From: Promethearchaeota archaeon
GTDB taxonomy: Archaea > Asgardarchaeota > Lokiarchaeia > Sigyniarchaeales > SOKP01
Assembly (NCBI GenBank): GCA_048941265.1
Contig: JBHLNT010000001.1
Location: 1-64,000 of the forward strand
DNA: 64,000 bases
Direction of reading: 5' to 3'
The notes beneath the pieces are model-generated. The model did no database searches. It was not told where the DNA came from and worked only from the letters and a program-made list of their open reading frames with translations. Within the stretch, counting starts at the first letter, position 1; every line of letters begins with the position of its first letter. Of the stretch, positions 1-8,965 are shown in pieces. The position numbers and the translations under genes were made by a program.

Positions 1-821
1 TAACTTTTTCATATAGAAAAAATATATATAAATCAACCACATTATCATGGTCTAAAGAAGGAAATATGATTAATTATACAAGTGTGCAAGTCATTGATGC
101 CAAATTAAATTTTGAACACAAGATTGATAAGAACTGGACAGAAACGACATCATACTTAGCGGAAAATTCAGAACTTAGGTTTCTTATTAATGGATATTCA
201 TCAAATGATTATCCAACAATAAAATTAAGTTCAATTGGAGATACATTTCAAGAGGCTATCTCTGGTGGCTATGATGTCACGAATTTAATCCCTTTAAAGG
301 AAAATATTACTCTTACTATTCAACTTAATCTGGCAGACGATTTTATATTAGATCAACCAATTAAAATTTCAATTGATAACGTATTCTTTGTAATCTCATA
401 TGTAGTTTTTAATGAAACTGTTGGTGTAACTATTCTGAGTAGTGGCGGTGGAGGTAAAGGGAAAACAAAAGTTATAGAGGAACCTTGGATAAACATATTA
501 TTGGCAATAGCTGCTATTGGGGGAGGTATTTGTTTAGGAGGCTATTTAACTGCTTATCAATTATATTTAAAATATCCCAAACCCATAAGAAAAGTCCGTA
601 AATATCGAAAAACTCTAAACAAAAAAAAGACACCAAGTATCGATATTCTTTCACGTGAAGGCGCGTTTAAAGCGAAATATTCGGAACATACATCATTGAT
701 CACTGGCTTACCAATTGGTAAAAAAATAAAGTATAAGGCTGGCTCCAATAAATTTAGTGAGAAATCACAGATAACATCAATTAATAAAAAAGCAATTAAA
801 TCCGAAGTTAAACCAAAATAG
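1..821 (+). CDS. C-terminal part of a large type I membrane surface protein (5' end outside the window); paralog of the next two genes
   Basis: The frame is open from position 3 (TFSYRKNIYK...) into the listed ORF. A hydrophobic helix (WINILLAIAAIGGGICLGGYLTAY) is followed by the YLKYPKPIRKVRKYRKTL tail shared with 1033 and 4886. Confidence 0.8.
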   Translation, partial: TFSYRKNIYKSTTLSWSKEGNMINYTSVQVIDAKLNFEHKIDKNWTETTSYLAENSELRFLINGYSSNDYPTIKLSSIGDTFQEAISGGYDVTNLIPLKENITLTIQLNLADDFILDQPIKISIDNVFFVISYVVFNETVGVTILSSGGGGKGKTKVIEEPWINILLAIAAIGGGICLGGYLTAYQLYLKYPKPIRKVRKYRKTLNKKKTPSIDILSREGAFKAKYSEHTSLITGLPIGKKIKYKAGSNKFSEKSQITSINKKAIKSEVKPK

Positions 822-1032
822 AGAGAATCAGAGAAATCGAAAAAATCTATTTAAATTATCAGATTAAATTTATATAATTCCGTATAGTTCCAGAAATCTT
901 GAATAAATAACTTTTTAATCAAAAACAATTTAATATAGAATAATCTATTATTTTATAACATTCAATAAATTTAAAAATCATTTTCTTTAAAAAGAATTTG
1001 ATATCCTAGCTCTTTAGGTTGCGAGGTCTTCT

Positions 1033-4000
1033 ATGGTTTCAAGAATTACCAAAAAAAAATGGTTGATCGTTTTATTTTCAATTCTATTTGTTTTTATGTT
1101 AAATTCATTATTATTGAATAAATATTTTAGTCAAAATTATATAATTAAAGATAATTCTAATAATTCAAATGATATTTTTGAAGAAAATAATTTAGACATC
1201 CAAAAGTTATCCTCTGATAATGTCTTTTCTGATTATGGTGCCCCATGGAATCTGACTCATTATGCTAATAAAACCTCTTATAATTTACCAGTCGAATTTA
1301 CTAATAACTCATATGATACTTCCCAAGGTGTGGAAATGCCAGAAAATTGGCAAGATTGGGAAGCATATAAAATGAGCGCCAATATAAGTAACCTCTATGA
1401 CACAAGAAATTGGTGTAATGGAACATTTAATTTTGGTAATGATAATGATTATCAAACTCCTCAAGCAAATGATAGCGCCACTATCCCGAGAATAAGCAAT
1501 AATCAATTTCAAAATTGGGCATTTAGTGAATCTGATCAAGGATCAAACAATAACCCGACCTCAGGAAATTATATTGATAGCAGTAGTATTTCACCAGTAA
1601 ATAGTTTGGGTCATGATTGTGTTGAATTGAGGATAAATGGAAGAGGAGATTCTGAACCAAGATACTGGTATGATGCTCAAGATCGTTGTTGGTGGGAAAG
1701 TGAATTTCACATACAAAGAGGCAGATTGATTGATTGTACATTCTTTTTTGAAGTAAACCCCTATCACCTGGTTGATTCTAACACATTTGAGATTGTAATT
1801 TATTTAAATAATGTGTATATCTATAGTTATGGCGTTTTTGAATTAGAACAGGAGAAGGGAGAAGGAGTCTGGATAAATCGATCTATACCAATTAGCACGT
1901 GGTTAAATACTTCCAATGTATTTCCTGATGATATCTTAGATAATTCAGATATTGATGTTCGTGTGACCTTAAGACATAACATGGATGAAACTGTAGGCTA
2001 TGGTCCTGAAGATGGATCTCATACAAATTATCAACAAGTTCTTATTGATAATGTACAATTAATTACAAAAGCCGAAGCTTATCCTACTGATTTAGGGCTA
2101 CAGATGAATAATTCCCTTATTGATAATGTATTTGGTCAATGGGGTAAAGGATACAAAACTGTAAAAAATTTTAAACTTCAAAACAACAAAATTTTCGCTA
2201 ATTTTAGCAGTAATCAAATAGAAAATTTAAGTCTTTTTGAAGAAAATGGTGAACTGATTAGATATAAAATAGAATTTAAAGCGGATGTAAATCTTTTCGC
2301 TTTACAAAATACCCCAGAAACCCTTTATGATACTATTCCTAATGCCGAAGGTACAAATTTTGTAGCTACTAATAATAGTAATACAATAGATTGGAATTGT
2401 TATGGTTATGTTAATGTTAGTTCTGGGTATGCTGAAACAGAACTGACTTTAGAATTTCCAACAGATTTATTTATTAATACTGTATATGATGCAGCAGATC
2501 CATTAATTAATATATCTGGAGAAAGTTATGTTGACCACTCTGTTGATGGTAGATTAATAATAGATTCGGTCACTCCTGCTGGATTATCAAATGGATACTG
2601 GGCTTTTGAAGGAAAATCTCCAAACTATTGTACTCAATTATCTTTATATAATAATTATTCAGGTTCTTGGATTTATAATACCACATTTATGAGTGGTGAT
2701 TATATTAATATAACTGCTAAAATAAATGATTCTTCGCTAGTTAAAGATTATATTGAAGATACTTCTGCAATCTTGAGAATCAGATTTCCAGATGGTAATC
2801 TTTGGACTGCTGAGGAACAAATTAAATCCCCGAATATCAATGGAATTGTATCTTTTGATCCTATAAGAATACCTGACATATCAGGTCCGACTTATCAGGC
2901 TGGAAATTATGAAGCAATAGTAATTTGGAATAATTCTCACTCTATTTTTCGATTTAATGAAACTGGAATTATTTTTATGAATTTTTCAGTAATTCATGAA
3001 TCAATTTTTAAAACGAGAGATGATATTTATTATTTTGATGAAATTTTAGAAGATGAGACTTTAATTGTTAAATTTTCATTTAAAGATTTAATTGATAACT
3101 CGTTTATTACTGATGCTTATGTATATGCTAAAAATCAAACAGGTCAAACCCAGGTTTTAAGTGAACCAAGTGATGGAGCTTATTGGCTTATATATGACGC
3201 TTCTAAGGTATCTTTGGGAAATAATAGCCTAACGATTTTTGCATCTCATCCTTATTATTTAAATCAGGAAATAAATATAACAGTTTATGTGGTTCAGGAA
3301 ACTACATTTCATATAGAAGATGATTTTATAACAGATGTTTCTTATAATCTGAATTTTACAGTACAGTTTAATTATACTCTACTCTCATCAGGAAATGGAA
3401 TAACTACAAATCCAACAACAAATTGGCATCCGGGGGATTATTATTTTGATGAAATTACTCCTCAAGGTAATTATATTCTTGAATGCAATACGACCTCATA
3501 TATTGCTGGCGATGTAATTACTTTTCAAATATATTTAAATAAATATACTTATCAATCTCAAATAATCGAGGTTAGCGTACTTATAGATGAATTAGAATCA
3601 AATATAGAATATTTTGTTAATGGAATTTCCCCTCCAGCAGATAATAAATTTATTGTAGAAGTTGATGAATTTATTGATATAACAGTAAATTATACAAGTG
3701 TTTTAGGAGAATTTCTTAGTGGTGCAAATATTACTCTAGTTGGTTGGACTAATTTTGAGGAAAATTTAGGTTTGAATTTATATACTTTAACAATATTCTC
3801 TGGTGATTTGGATCAGGGAGTTACAATATTAGAAATAATAGCTAACAAAACTAATTATGTCAATCAAGAAGTTAAATTTTTCATTGAAGTAACTGAGCAA
3901 AAAACATTTTACGAAATATATCTTAATGGTAAAAATGAAACACTAAATCCATTTATTTCAGTTAAGATTGGAAACTATATTAATATTACAGTTAAATATT

Positions 4001-4896
4001 TTGATAATGAAACAAAATCTCATATCTCCAATGCCTCAATTTATTTTATGTTTAACTCCATTATATACAATTTAACAGAAAATCTTTCTTATAAACACTA
4101 TTTCATAATTTTAGATTCATATATTCTTAATGTGGGTATAAAAACATTCGAATTAAATATAAGAAAAAACAATTATCAATGGTTTAATCCAGATATCCTT
4201 ATTCAGGTGGAAAAACTTCAAACTGAGATTAGTACCGATGATGATGAAGATATTTATGAAATTAAAGCAGGTGAAGATTTTACAATTACTATAATTTTGA
4301 AAGATTTGGATAATAATTTGCGAATTTCTGGAGCTGTTGTTTCTTATGAATGGAAACATGGGGATGACGATTTTGATGAAAAAGGGAACGGGGAATATGA
4401 GGCTACATTGGAGGATGTTCCAAGGGGTACTTATACTATAACAATCACCGTCGTTGAATCGAGTAATATATATAATTTCGAGGAGTATGAAATAACATTA
4501 AAAGCACTCAGAACTGAAGAAGATACTCTTTTATGGCAGATATTGTTAGTAATTGCCATTATAACTGGTGCTGCTTTTGCGTCTTATATTGTATATTATC
4601 AAAAAGTGCTAAAATATCCAAGACCTGTAAGAAAGGTTAGAAAATATAGAAAAACTCTAAAAAAACGGAAACCACCATATAAAGGTAAAAATATTACGGA
4701 TCGTGAGAAGGGATTTAAAGACCTTTACAAGAATCAAATTGCAAAGATTTCAAGTTCATTAAAAGTGCAAAAAACTGTAGAACCCAAAAGTAGTGAAGAT
4801 AAAATATCCAAAAAAAAGTTAAAAAACACAACTGAAAAACAAATTACGGAGACCTCAATTGGTTCTCAAAAGAAAATAAAGGGAGGTGAAGAGTAA
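1033..4896 (+). CDS. Large secreted, membrane-anchored surface glycoprotein with repeated Ig-like beta-sandwich stalk
   Basis: 1287 aa. N-terminal basic + hydrophobic signal, very many N-x-S/T sequons, repeated beta-rich units (ITVxYxD...ISGAxV...YxLxI), C-terminal TM helix and KYPRPVRKVRKYRKTL tail. Confidence 0.85.
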   Translation: MVSRITKKKWLIVLFSILFVFMLNSLLLNKYFSQNYIIKDNSNNSNDIFEENNLDIQKLSSDNVFSDYGAPWNLTHYANKTSYNLPVEFTNNSYDTSQGVEMPENWQDWEAYKMSANISNLYDTRNWCNGTFNFGNDNDYQTPQANDSATIPRISNNQFQNWAFSESDQGSNNNPTSGNYIDSSSISPVNSLGHDCVELRINGRGDSEPRYWYDAQDRCWWESEFHIQRGRLIDCTFFFEVNPYHLVDSNTFEIVIYLNNVYIYSYGVFELEQEKGEGVWINRSIPISTWLNTSNVFPDDILDNSDIDVRVTLRHNMDETVGYGPEDGSHTNYQQVLIDNVQLITKAEAYPTDLGLQMNNSLIDNVFGQWGKGYKTVKNFKLQNNKIFANFSSNQIENLSLFEENGELIRYKIEFKADVNLFALQNTPETLYDTIPNAEGTNFVATNNSNTIDWNCYGYVNVSSGYAETELTLEFPTDLFINTVYDAADPLINISGESYVDHSVDGRLIIDSVTPAGLSNGYWAFEGKSPNYCTQLSLYNNYSGSWIYNTTFMSGDYINITAKINDSSLVKDYIEDTSAILRIRFPDGNLWTAEEQIKSPNINGIVSFDPIRIPDISGPTYQAGNYEAIVIWNNSHSIFRFNETGIIFMNFSVIHESIFKTRDDIYYFDEILEDETLIVKFSFKDLIDNSFITDAYVYAKNQTGQTQVLSEPSDGAYWLIYDASKVSLGNNSLTIFASHPYYLNQEINITVYVVQETTFHIEDDFITDVSYNLNFTVQFNYTLLSSGNGITTNPTTNWHPGDYYFDEITPQGNYILECNTTSYIAGDVITFQIYLNKYTYQSQIIEVSVLIDELESNIEYFVNGISPPADNKFIVEVDEFIDITVNYTSVLGEFLSGANITLVGWTNFEENLGLNLYTLTIFSGDLDQGVTILEIIANKTNYVNQEVKFFIEVTEQKTFYEIYLNGKNETLNPFISVKIGNYINITVKYFDNETKSHISNASIYFMFNSIIYNLTENLSYKHYFIILDSYILNVGIKTFELNIRKNNYQWFNPDILIQVEKLQTEISTDDDEDIYEIKAGEDFTITIILKDLDNNLRISGAVVSYEWKHGDDDFDEKGNGEYEATLEDVPRGTYTITITVVESSNIYNFEEYEITLKALRTEEDTLLWQILLVIAIITGAAFASYIVYYQKVLKYPRPVRKVRKYRKTLKKRKPPYKGKNITDREKGFKDLYKNQIAKISSSLKVQKTVEPKSSEDKISKKKLKNTTEKQITETSIGSQKKIKGGEE
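1404..1518 (+). repeat. Near-identical block shared with 5269..5383
   Basis: Manual alignment gives 12 mismatches in 115 bp between otherwise diverged paralogs. Confidence 0.8.
2782..2821 (+). repeat. 40-bp exact repeat, second copy at 6620..6659
   Basis: agatttccagatggtaatctttggactgctgaggaacaaa is present in both genes. Confidence 0.9.
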
Positions 4897-7800
4897 TCTG
4901 AAGAACTTTAAAAAAAAAGAAAAAGTTTGGATTCTAACAGGCATTTTTATTTTTTTAATTTTTAACATGCCTATTACTTCACCTACTAAAGATATATTTA
5001 GCTCAACAATAGGAAAAGATAACAATTCAAATGAAATATTTGAAGATCTAAAAAAAAATGAAATAGATGTCAATTTGAATGGATTTAATATTTCATCTAA
5101 TGGGATAGGAGCTCCATGGAATATAACTCATATAGCAAATAGAACAGATGTGGATCAAAAAATAATAGGTCTTCAAAATAATCAATATGATGATTCAAGC
5201 AAGGTTAGTTTATTCCCAAATTGGGTTGGCTATAAACTCGAAGCAGATGTAAAAGATTTTTATGATAAAAGAAATTGGTGTAATGGGACGTTTAATTTTG
5301 GTAATGATAATAATTATCAAAATCCTCAGGCGAATGACAGCTACACCATCTCGAGAATTAGCAATAATCAATTTCAAAATTGGACATTTCATAGTTATGA
5401 TAACACTTTTAATTTCACAAATCCGGTTAGCGGTAATTATCTCGACACAACTAGTACAACACCAGTTAATAGTGAGGGTCATGATTGTTTAGAACTTCGA
5501 TTGAATGGTCAAGCGGTTGGTGGAACCTATTGGTACGGGTATGATATTGGAGATAGAGCTTGGTGGTCAACTTATATGAATATTACGAGAGGTCAAATAA
5601 TCGACGCTGAATTGAAATTTGATTCCAGAGCCATAGCATTGATGAATAGTAACAACTGGGAGTTGGTTTTCTACATAAATAATAAGAAAATCTGGTCAAT
5701 AGGTACATATACCCATGAACAGTGGTTGCAGGGTGGTTGGAGGACGAAATCAGTCTTAATGAAAGATTGGGTTGATAAAACTGTTTTTACCGGTGATGCC
5801 GCAGATTCTTTGATAAAATTAGATGTAGCATTAGAATATACTTCTGGTACTACTCAATTTGGAGGATTTACTAATAGAGAATATCAACAAATTCTTATAG
5901 ATAACGTAGAATTGATAGTTAAAGCGGAAGCAAAACCAAGCCAAGTGAATTTAAGGGTTAATTCAACCAATGAAGTATATGATTTACCAAACCAATGGGG
6001 AAAAGGATATGCGACTATAGAGGATGGTAATTGGAATGGTAGTGAAAATAATTATGTAAGGGCAAATTTTAGTTCTATTGGTGTCGGAATCTTCGGAGAT
6101 TATGAATTAGATTTTACAACAGATTTGAATCTTTATGCTATAAAAAATAATCCAGAATCTAACTATGAATTAAATGTTGCCTCTATTGGCACAAGTTTTT
6201 CGGTTTGTAACAATAGTAATGTTAATTGGAGTACTTATGCTTTTGTCAATGTTCCTATAGGATATGAAGAAACGGCAATGATTTTTAATTTTCCCAAGGA
6301 TTACACAATATCCCATATAGGATTACCAACCCAGCGTAATATAGATATTAAAAATTCACCATATTGTGATTATTTATCTAACCCAGGTACTCTAAGCATA
6401 GAAGTAAGTAAATTAACAAGTAGCCCAAATGGTTTTTGGAAATTTATGGCAATTTCTCCAAATTATTGTGAAGATATAAATTTATTTAATAATGAATCAG
6501 GCAGTTGGGTGCTTAATTCAACTTTTATAAGTGGGCATAGTTTAAAAGTTGAGGCAAATATCTCTGATTCTCCAATTATTAAAGATTATATCCAAAATGT
6601 AAAAGTCTTTTTACAAATAAGATTTCCAGATGGTAATCTTTGGACTGCTGAGGAACAAAATAAATCGCCCGATTCAGTTGGGTTTGTATCTTTTAATCCA
6701 ATAAAAATACCAGATATAGCAGGTTCTGATTATCAAGCAGGCGTATATCAAGCGATAATTACATTGAATAATACAAATCACTTTCCAAATCTCAATGAAA
6801 CAGGATTAATATTCCGTAATTTCACAGTGATCCATAATTCAATCTTAAAACCTGATAATGACAAATATTTTATTGATGGAAAATATGATAATGAGAAAGT
6901 ATTATTAAGTTTTTCCTATTATGACAAAGAGGATAATACTGCTATTGGTAAGGCAATTGTTTATGCCAAAAATTATACGAATGGTATTCATTATTTTTAT
7001 GAGCCTGAAACTGGTTCATATCAACTTGATTATGATTTGAGAGATGCAAAGGCAGGAAACAACACACTTGCAATATATGCTTTCTCTAATTTATATCTGA
7101 ATCAATTAATAAATATAACAATTGAAGTTACTAAATTCACAAGTTATTCAACGGATTTATTACCTAATGAAATTCCAGAGATTTCTTTTGAACAAAATAT
7201 TACGATTTTTTTTAATTACACTGAAATAAATTCTGGAAAAGGAATCAGTACAATTCCCTCGACTGATTTCGCTGATATACAATCTAATCCAAAAGACTAC
7301 TATTATTTTGAAGAAATAGCATTAGGAATGTATAAATTTGTAGGAAATAGTTCTGCCTATAGTGCTGGAAAAAGAATTGAGTTTATAATTAATTTAGATG
7401 AGCCTTTTTACGAACAAAAAATTATACGCGTTGAATTCGACATTACTTTTCTTGGTACAGAAATTGAAGTAATAGTAAATAATAATCAAATAAAAGAAGA
7501 TGAAAAATTAAGTTATCAGATCTGGGATCCAATTAATATTACAGTAAAATTTTCAAGTCTTAGAGGTTATCATCTCAATGATGCAAATGTGACTCTTTCT
7601 GGGATTGGAAATCTTACATTACATCCTTTATTTAATCAATTTAATATTACATTAGATACAACAGACTTAGTAAAAAATAGCAATAATATAATGACCATTT
7701 TTGCAGAAAGGATTGATTATAATTCCCAACTTTTTGAATTTATTATTGAAATAACAGACAGAATGACGGATATAAATGTAATTTTTAATGTTGATGGTGT

Positions 7801-8749
7801 ATCGACAGATGTTACTGATATACCTTTATATGAAGTGGCAATTGGGAAACAAATTGGAGTCATTGTGAAATATTATGATTTGAATCTTAATTATATCAAT
7901 AATGCAAATGTATCACTGGGAATTGATTATGAGATTGATTTACAAAAATATCCAACCGAGGAACAATACCGAACTACAATTAATACTGAAATTTTAGGAC
8001 TTGGCCATAAAACTATAAGCCTTTCTGCTCTAAAAGAAAATTATGTCAGACAAGATATAAATCTTAATATTATAGTAAGAAAAATTTCCACAGAGATAAT
8101 CACTAAAGATAAGGAGAATAAATTTACTATTAGACCTGGTGAAAAATTTACATTAGTTATAGAAATAAAAGATCTAGATTTTGGCGGAAAAGTTAAAGGA
8201 TGTGATGTGACTTATGAGTGGGAATTTGGAGACGGGGAATTAGAAGAAATAGAAGATGGTGTGTATGAGGTAGAATTAGATACGGAATTTCGCCCCGAAG
8301 GAAGTTATACTATCAAAATTTCAGCATTTAAAGAAGGAGGTCGATATGATTTTGATGATTATGAAGTTACTCTCACAATTGCCAGACCTGAAGGCGAATC
8401 ATTGTTATTCTTGATACTATTCTTGGTTTCTATCTGTGGAATCACCGCATTAGCATCTTACTATGTGTATTATCGAAAAGTCTTGCGATTTCCCAAACCA
8501 GTGAGAAAAGTACGAAAATATCGAAGATCATTGAAAAAAAAATCAGCGCCAAGTGTGGACATTATTGACCGCGAAAATGGATTCAAAAAGGTATATTCAG
8601 AAGAATTAGGAAAAACATCAAAATCCTTAAAAAGCAAAATTGCAGAAGAACCATTAATCGTGGATAAAATTAAAAAAAAAACAACTACAACATCTACCAG
8701 CGAAGGCATTAAAAAAAAAACGATTACTACTTCTAATAATAAAGGTTAA
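4886..8749 (+). CDS. Large secreted, membrane-anchored surface glycoprotein, paralog of 1033..4896
   Basis: Same architecture. Shared motifs GAPWNxTHxAN, RNWCNGTFNFGNDN, SPNYC, IRFPDGNLWTAEEQ; TM helix then RFPKPVRKVRKYRRSL. The listed GTG lies inside a GGAGGTG SD motif, so the start may be slightly downstream. Confidence 0.85.
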   Translation: MKSNLKNFKKKEKVWILTGIFIFLIFNMPITSPTKDIFSSTIGKDNNSNEIFEDLKKNEIDVNLNGFNISSNGIGAPWNITHIANRTDVDQKIIGLQNNQYDDSSKVSLFPNWVGYKLEADVKDFYDKRNWCNGTFNFGNDNNYQNPQANDSYTISRISNNQFQNWTFHSYDNTFNFTNPVSGNYLDTTSTTPVNSEGHDCLELRLNGQAVGGTYWYGYDIGDRAWWSTYMNITRGQIIDAELKFDSRAIALMNSNNWELVFYINNKKIWSIGTYTHEQWLQGGWRTKSVLMKDWVDKTVFTGDAADSLIKLDVALEYTSGTTQFGGFTNREYQQILIDNVELIVKAEAKPSQVNLRVNSTNEVYDLPNQWGKGYATIEDGNWNGSENNYVRANFSSIGVGIFGDYELDFTTDLNLYAIKNNPESNYELNVASIGTSFSVCNNSNVNWSTYAFVNVPIGYEETAMIFNFPKDYTISHIGLPTQRNIDIKNSPYCDYLSNPGTLSIEVSKLTSSPNGFWKFMAISPNYCEDINLFNNESGSWVLNSTFISGHSLKVEANISDSPIIKDYIQNVKVFLQIRFPDGNLWTAEEQNKSPDSVGFVSFNPIKIPDIAGSDYQAGVYQAIITLNNTNHFPNLNETGLIFRNFTVIHNSILKPDNDKYFIDGKYDNEKVLLSFSYYDKEDNTAIGKAIVYAKNYTNGIHYFYEPETGSYQLDYDLRDAKAGNNTLAIYAFSNLYLNQLINITIEVTKFTSYSTDLLPNEIPEISFEQNITIFFNYTEINSGKGISTIPSTDFADIQSNPKDYYYFEEIALGMYKFVGNSSAYSAGKRIEFIINLDEPFYEQKIIRVEFDITFLGTEIEVIVNNNQIKEDEKLSYQIWDPINITVKFSSLRGYHLNDANVTLSGIGNLTLHPLFNQFNITLDTTDLVKNSNNIMTIFAERIDYNSQLFEFIIEITDRMTDINVIFNVDGVSTDVTDIPLYEVAIGKQIGVIVKYYDLNLNYINNANVSLGIDYEIDLQKYPTEEQYRTTINTEILGLGHKTISLSALKENYVRQDINLNIIVRKISTEIITKDKENKFTIRPGEKFTLVIEIKDLDFGGKVKGCDVTYEWEFGDGELEEIEDGVYEVELDTEFRPEGSYTIKISAFKEGGRYDFDDYEVTLTIARPEGESLLFLILFLVSICGITALASYYVYYRKVLRFPKPVRKVRKYRRSLKKKSAPSVDIIDRENGFKKVYSEELGKTSKSLKSKIAEEPLIVDKIKKKTTTTSTSEGIKKKTITTSNNKG

Positions 8750-8965
8750 AAATAGTCCTAATTTTTTCGAAGATTTAGATTTTAATTCATTTTTTGATTT
8801 TATGCTCTATAAGCAAGAAATATTTATATGAAACAATAGTCAATAGATTAAGCAATAAAATCTGATACAAAACAATTAAAAGATAAAATTGAATTTAAAT
8901 CTTTGAACTCTATTAAAAATTTTAATTAATTTTTTAAAAAGAAAGATATAAAACGGTATATAAAA

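Noticed and set aside
480-821. Archaeosortase (PGF/Loki-CTERM-type) sorting signal
   Set aside because: There is no PGF/PGY motif before the TM helix, and the cytoplasmic tail is about 85-95 aa rather than a few basic residues.
4850-4896. COPI-type C-terminal dilysine signals on the surface proteins
   Set aside because: The ends (EVKPK, IKGGEE, SNNKG) do not fit KKxx/KxKxx consistently, and Lys is abundant in this AT-rich genome.
1404-5383. Possible diversity-generating retroelement TR/VR pair
   Set aside because: Mismatches are not confined to adenines, both copies lie mid-gene in paralogs, and no reverse transcriptase is present in the window.
1033-8749. Identical length (1287 aa) of the two surface proteins
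   Set aside because: The alignment has many indels and the second start is uncertain, so the match is probably coincidence; it is not a duplicated assembly because the sequences differ widely.
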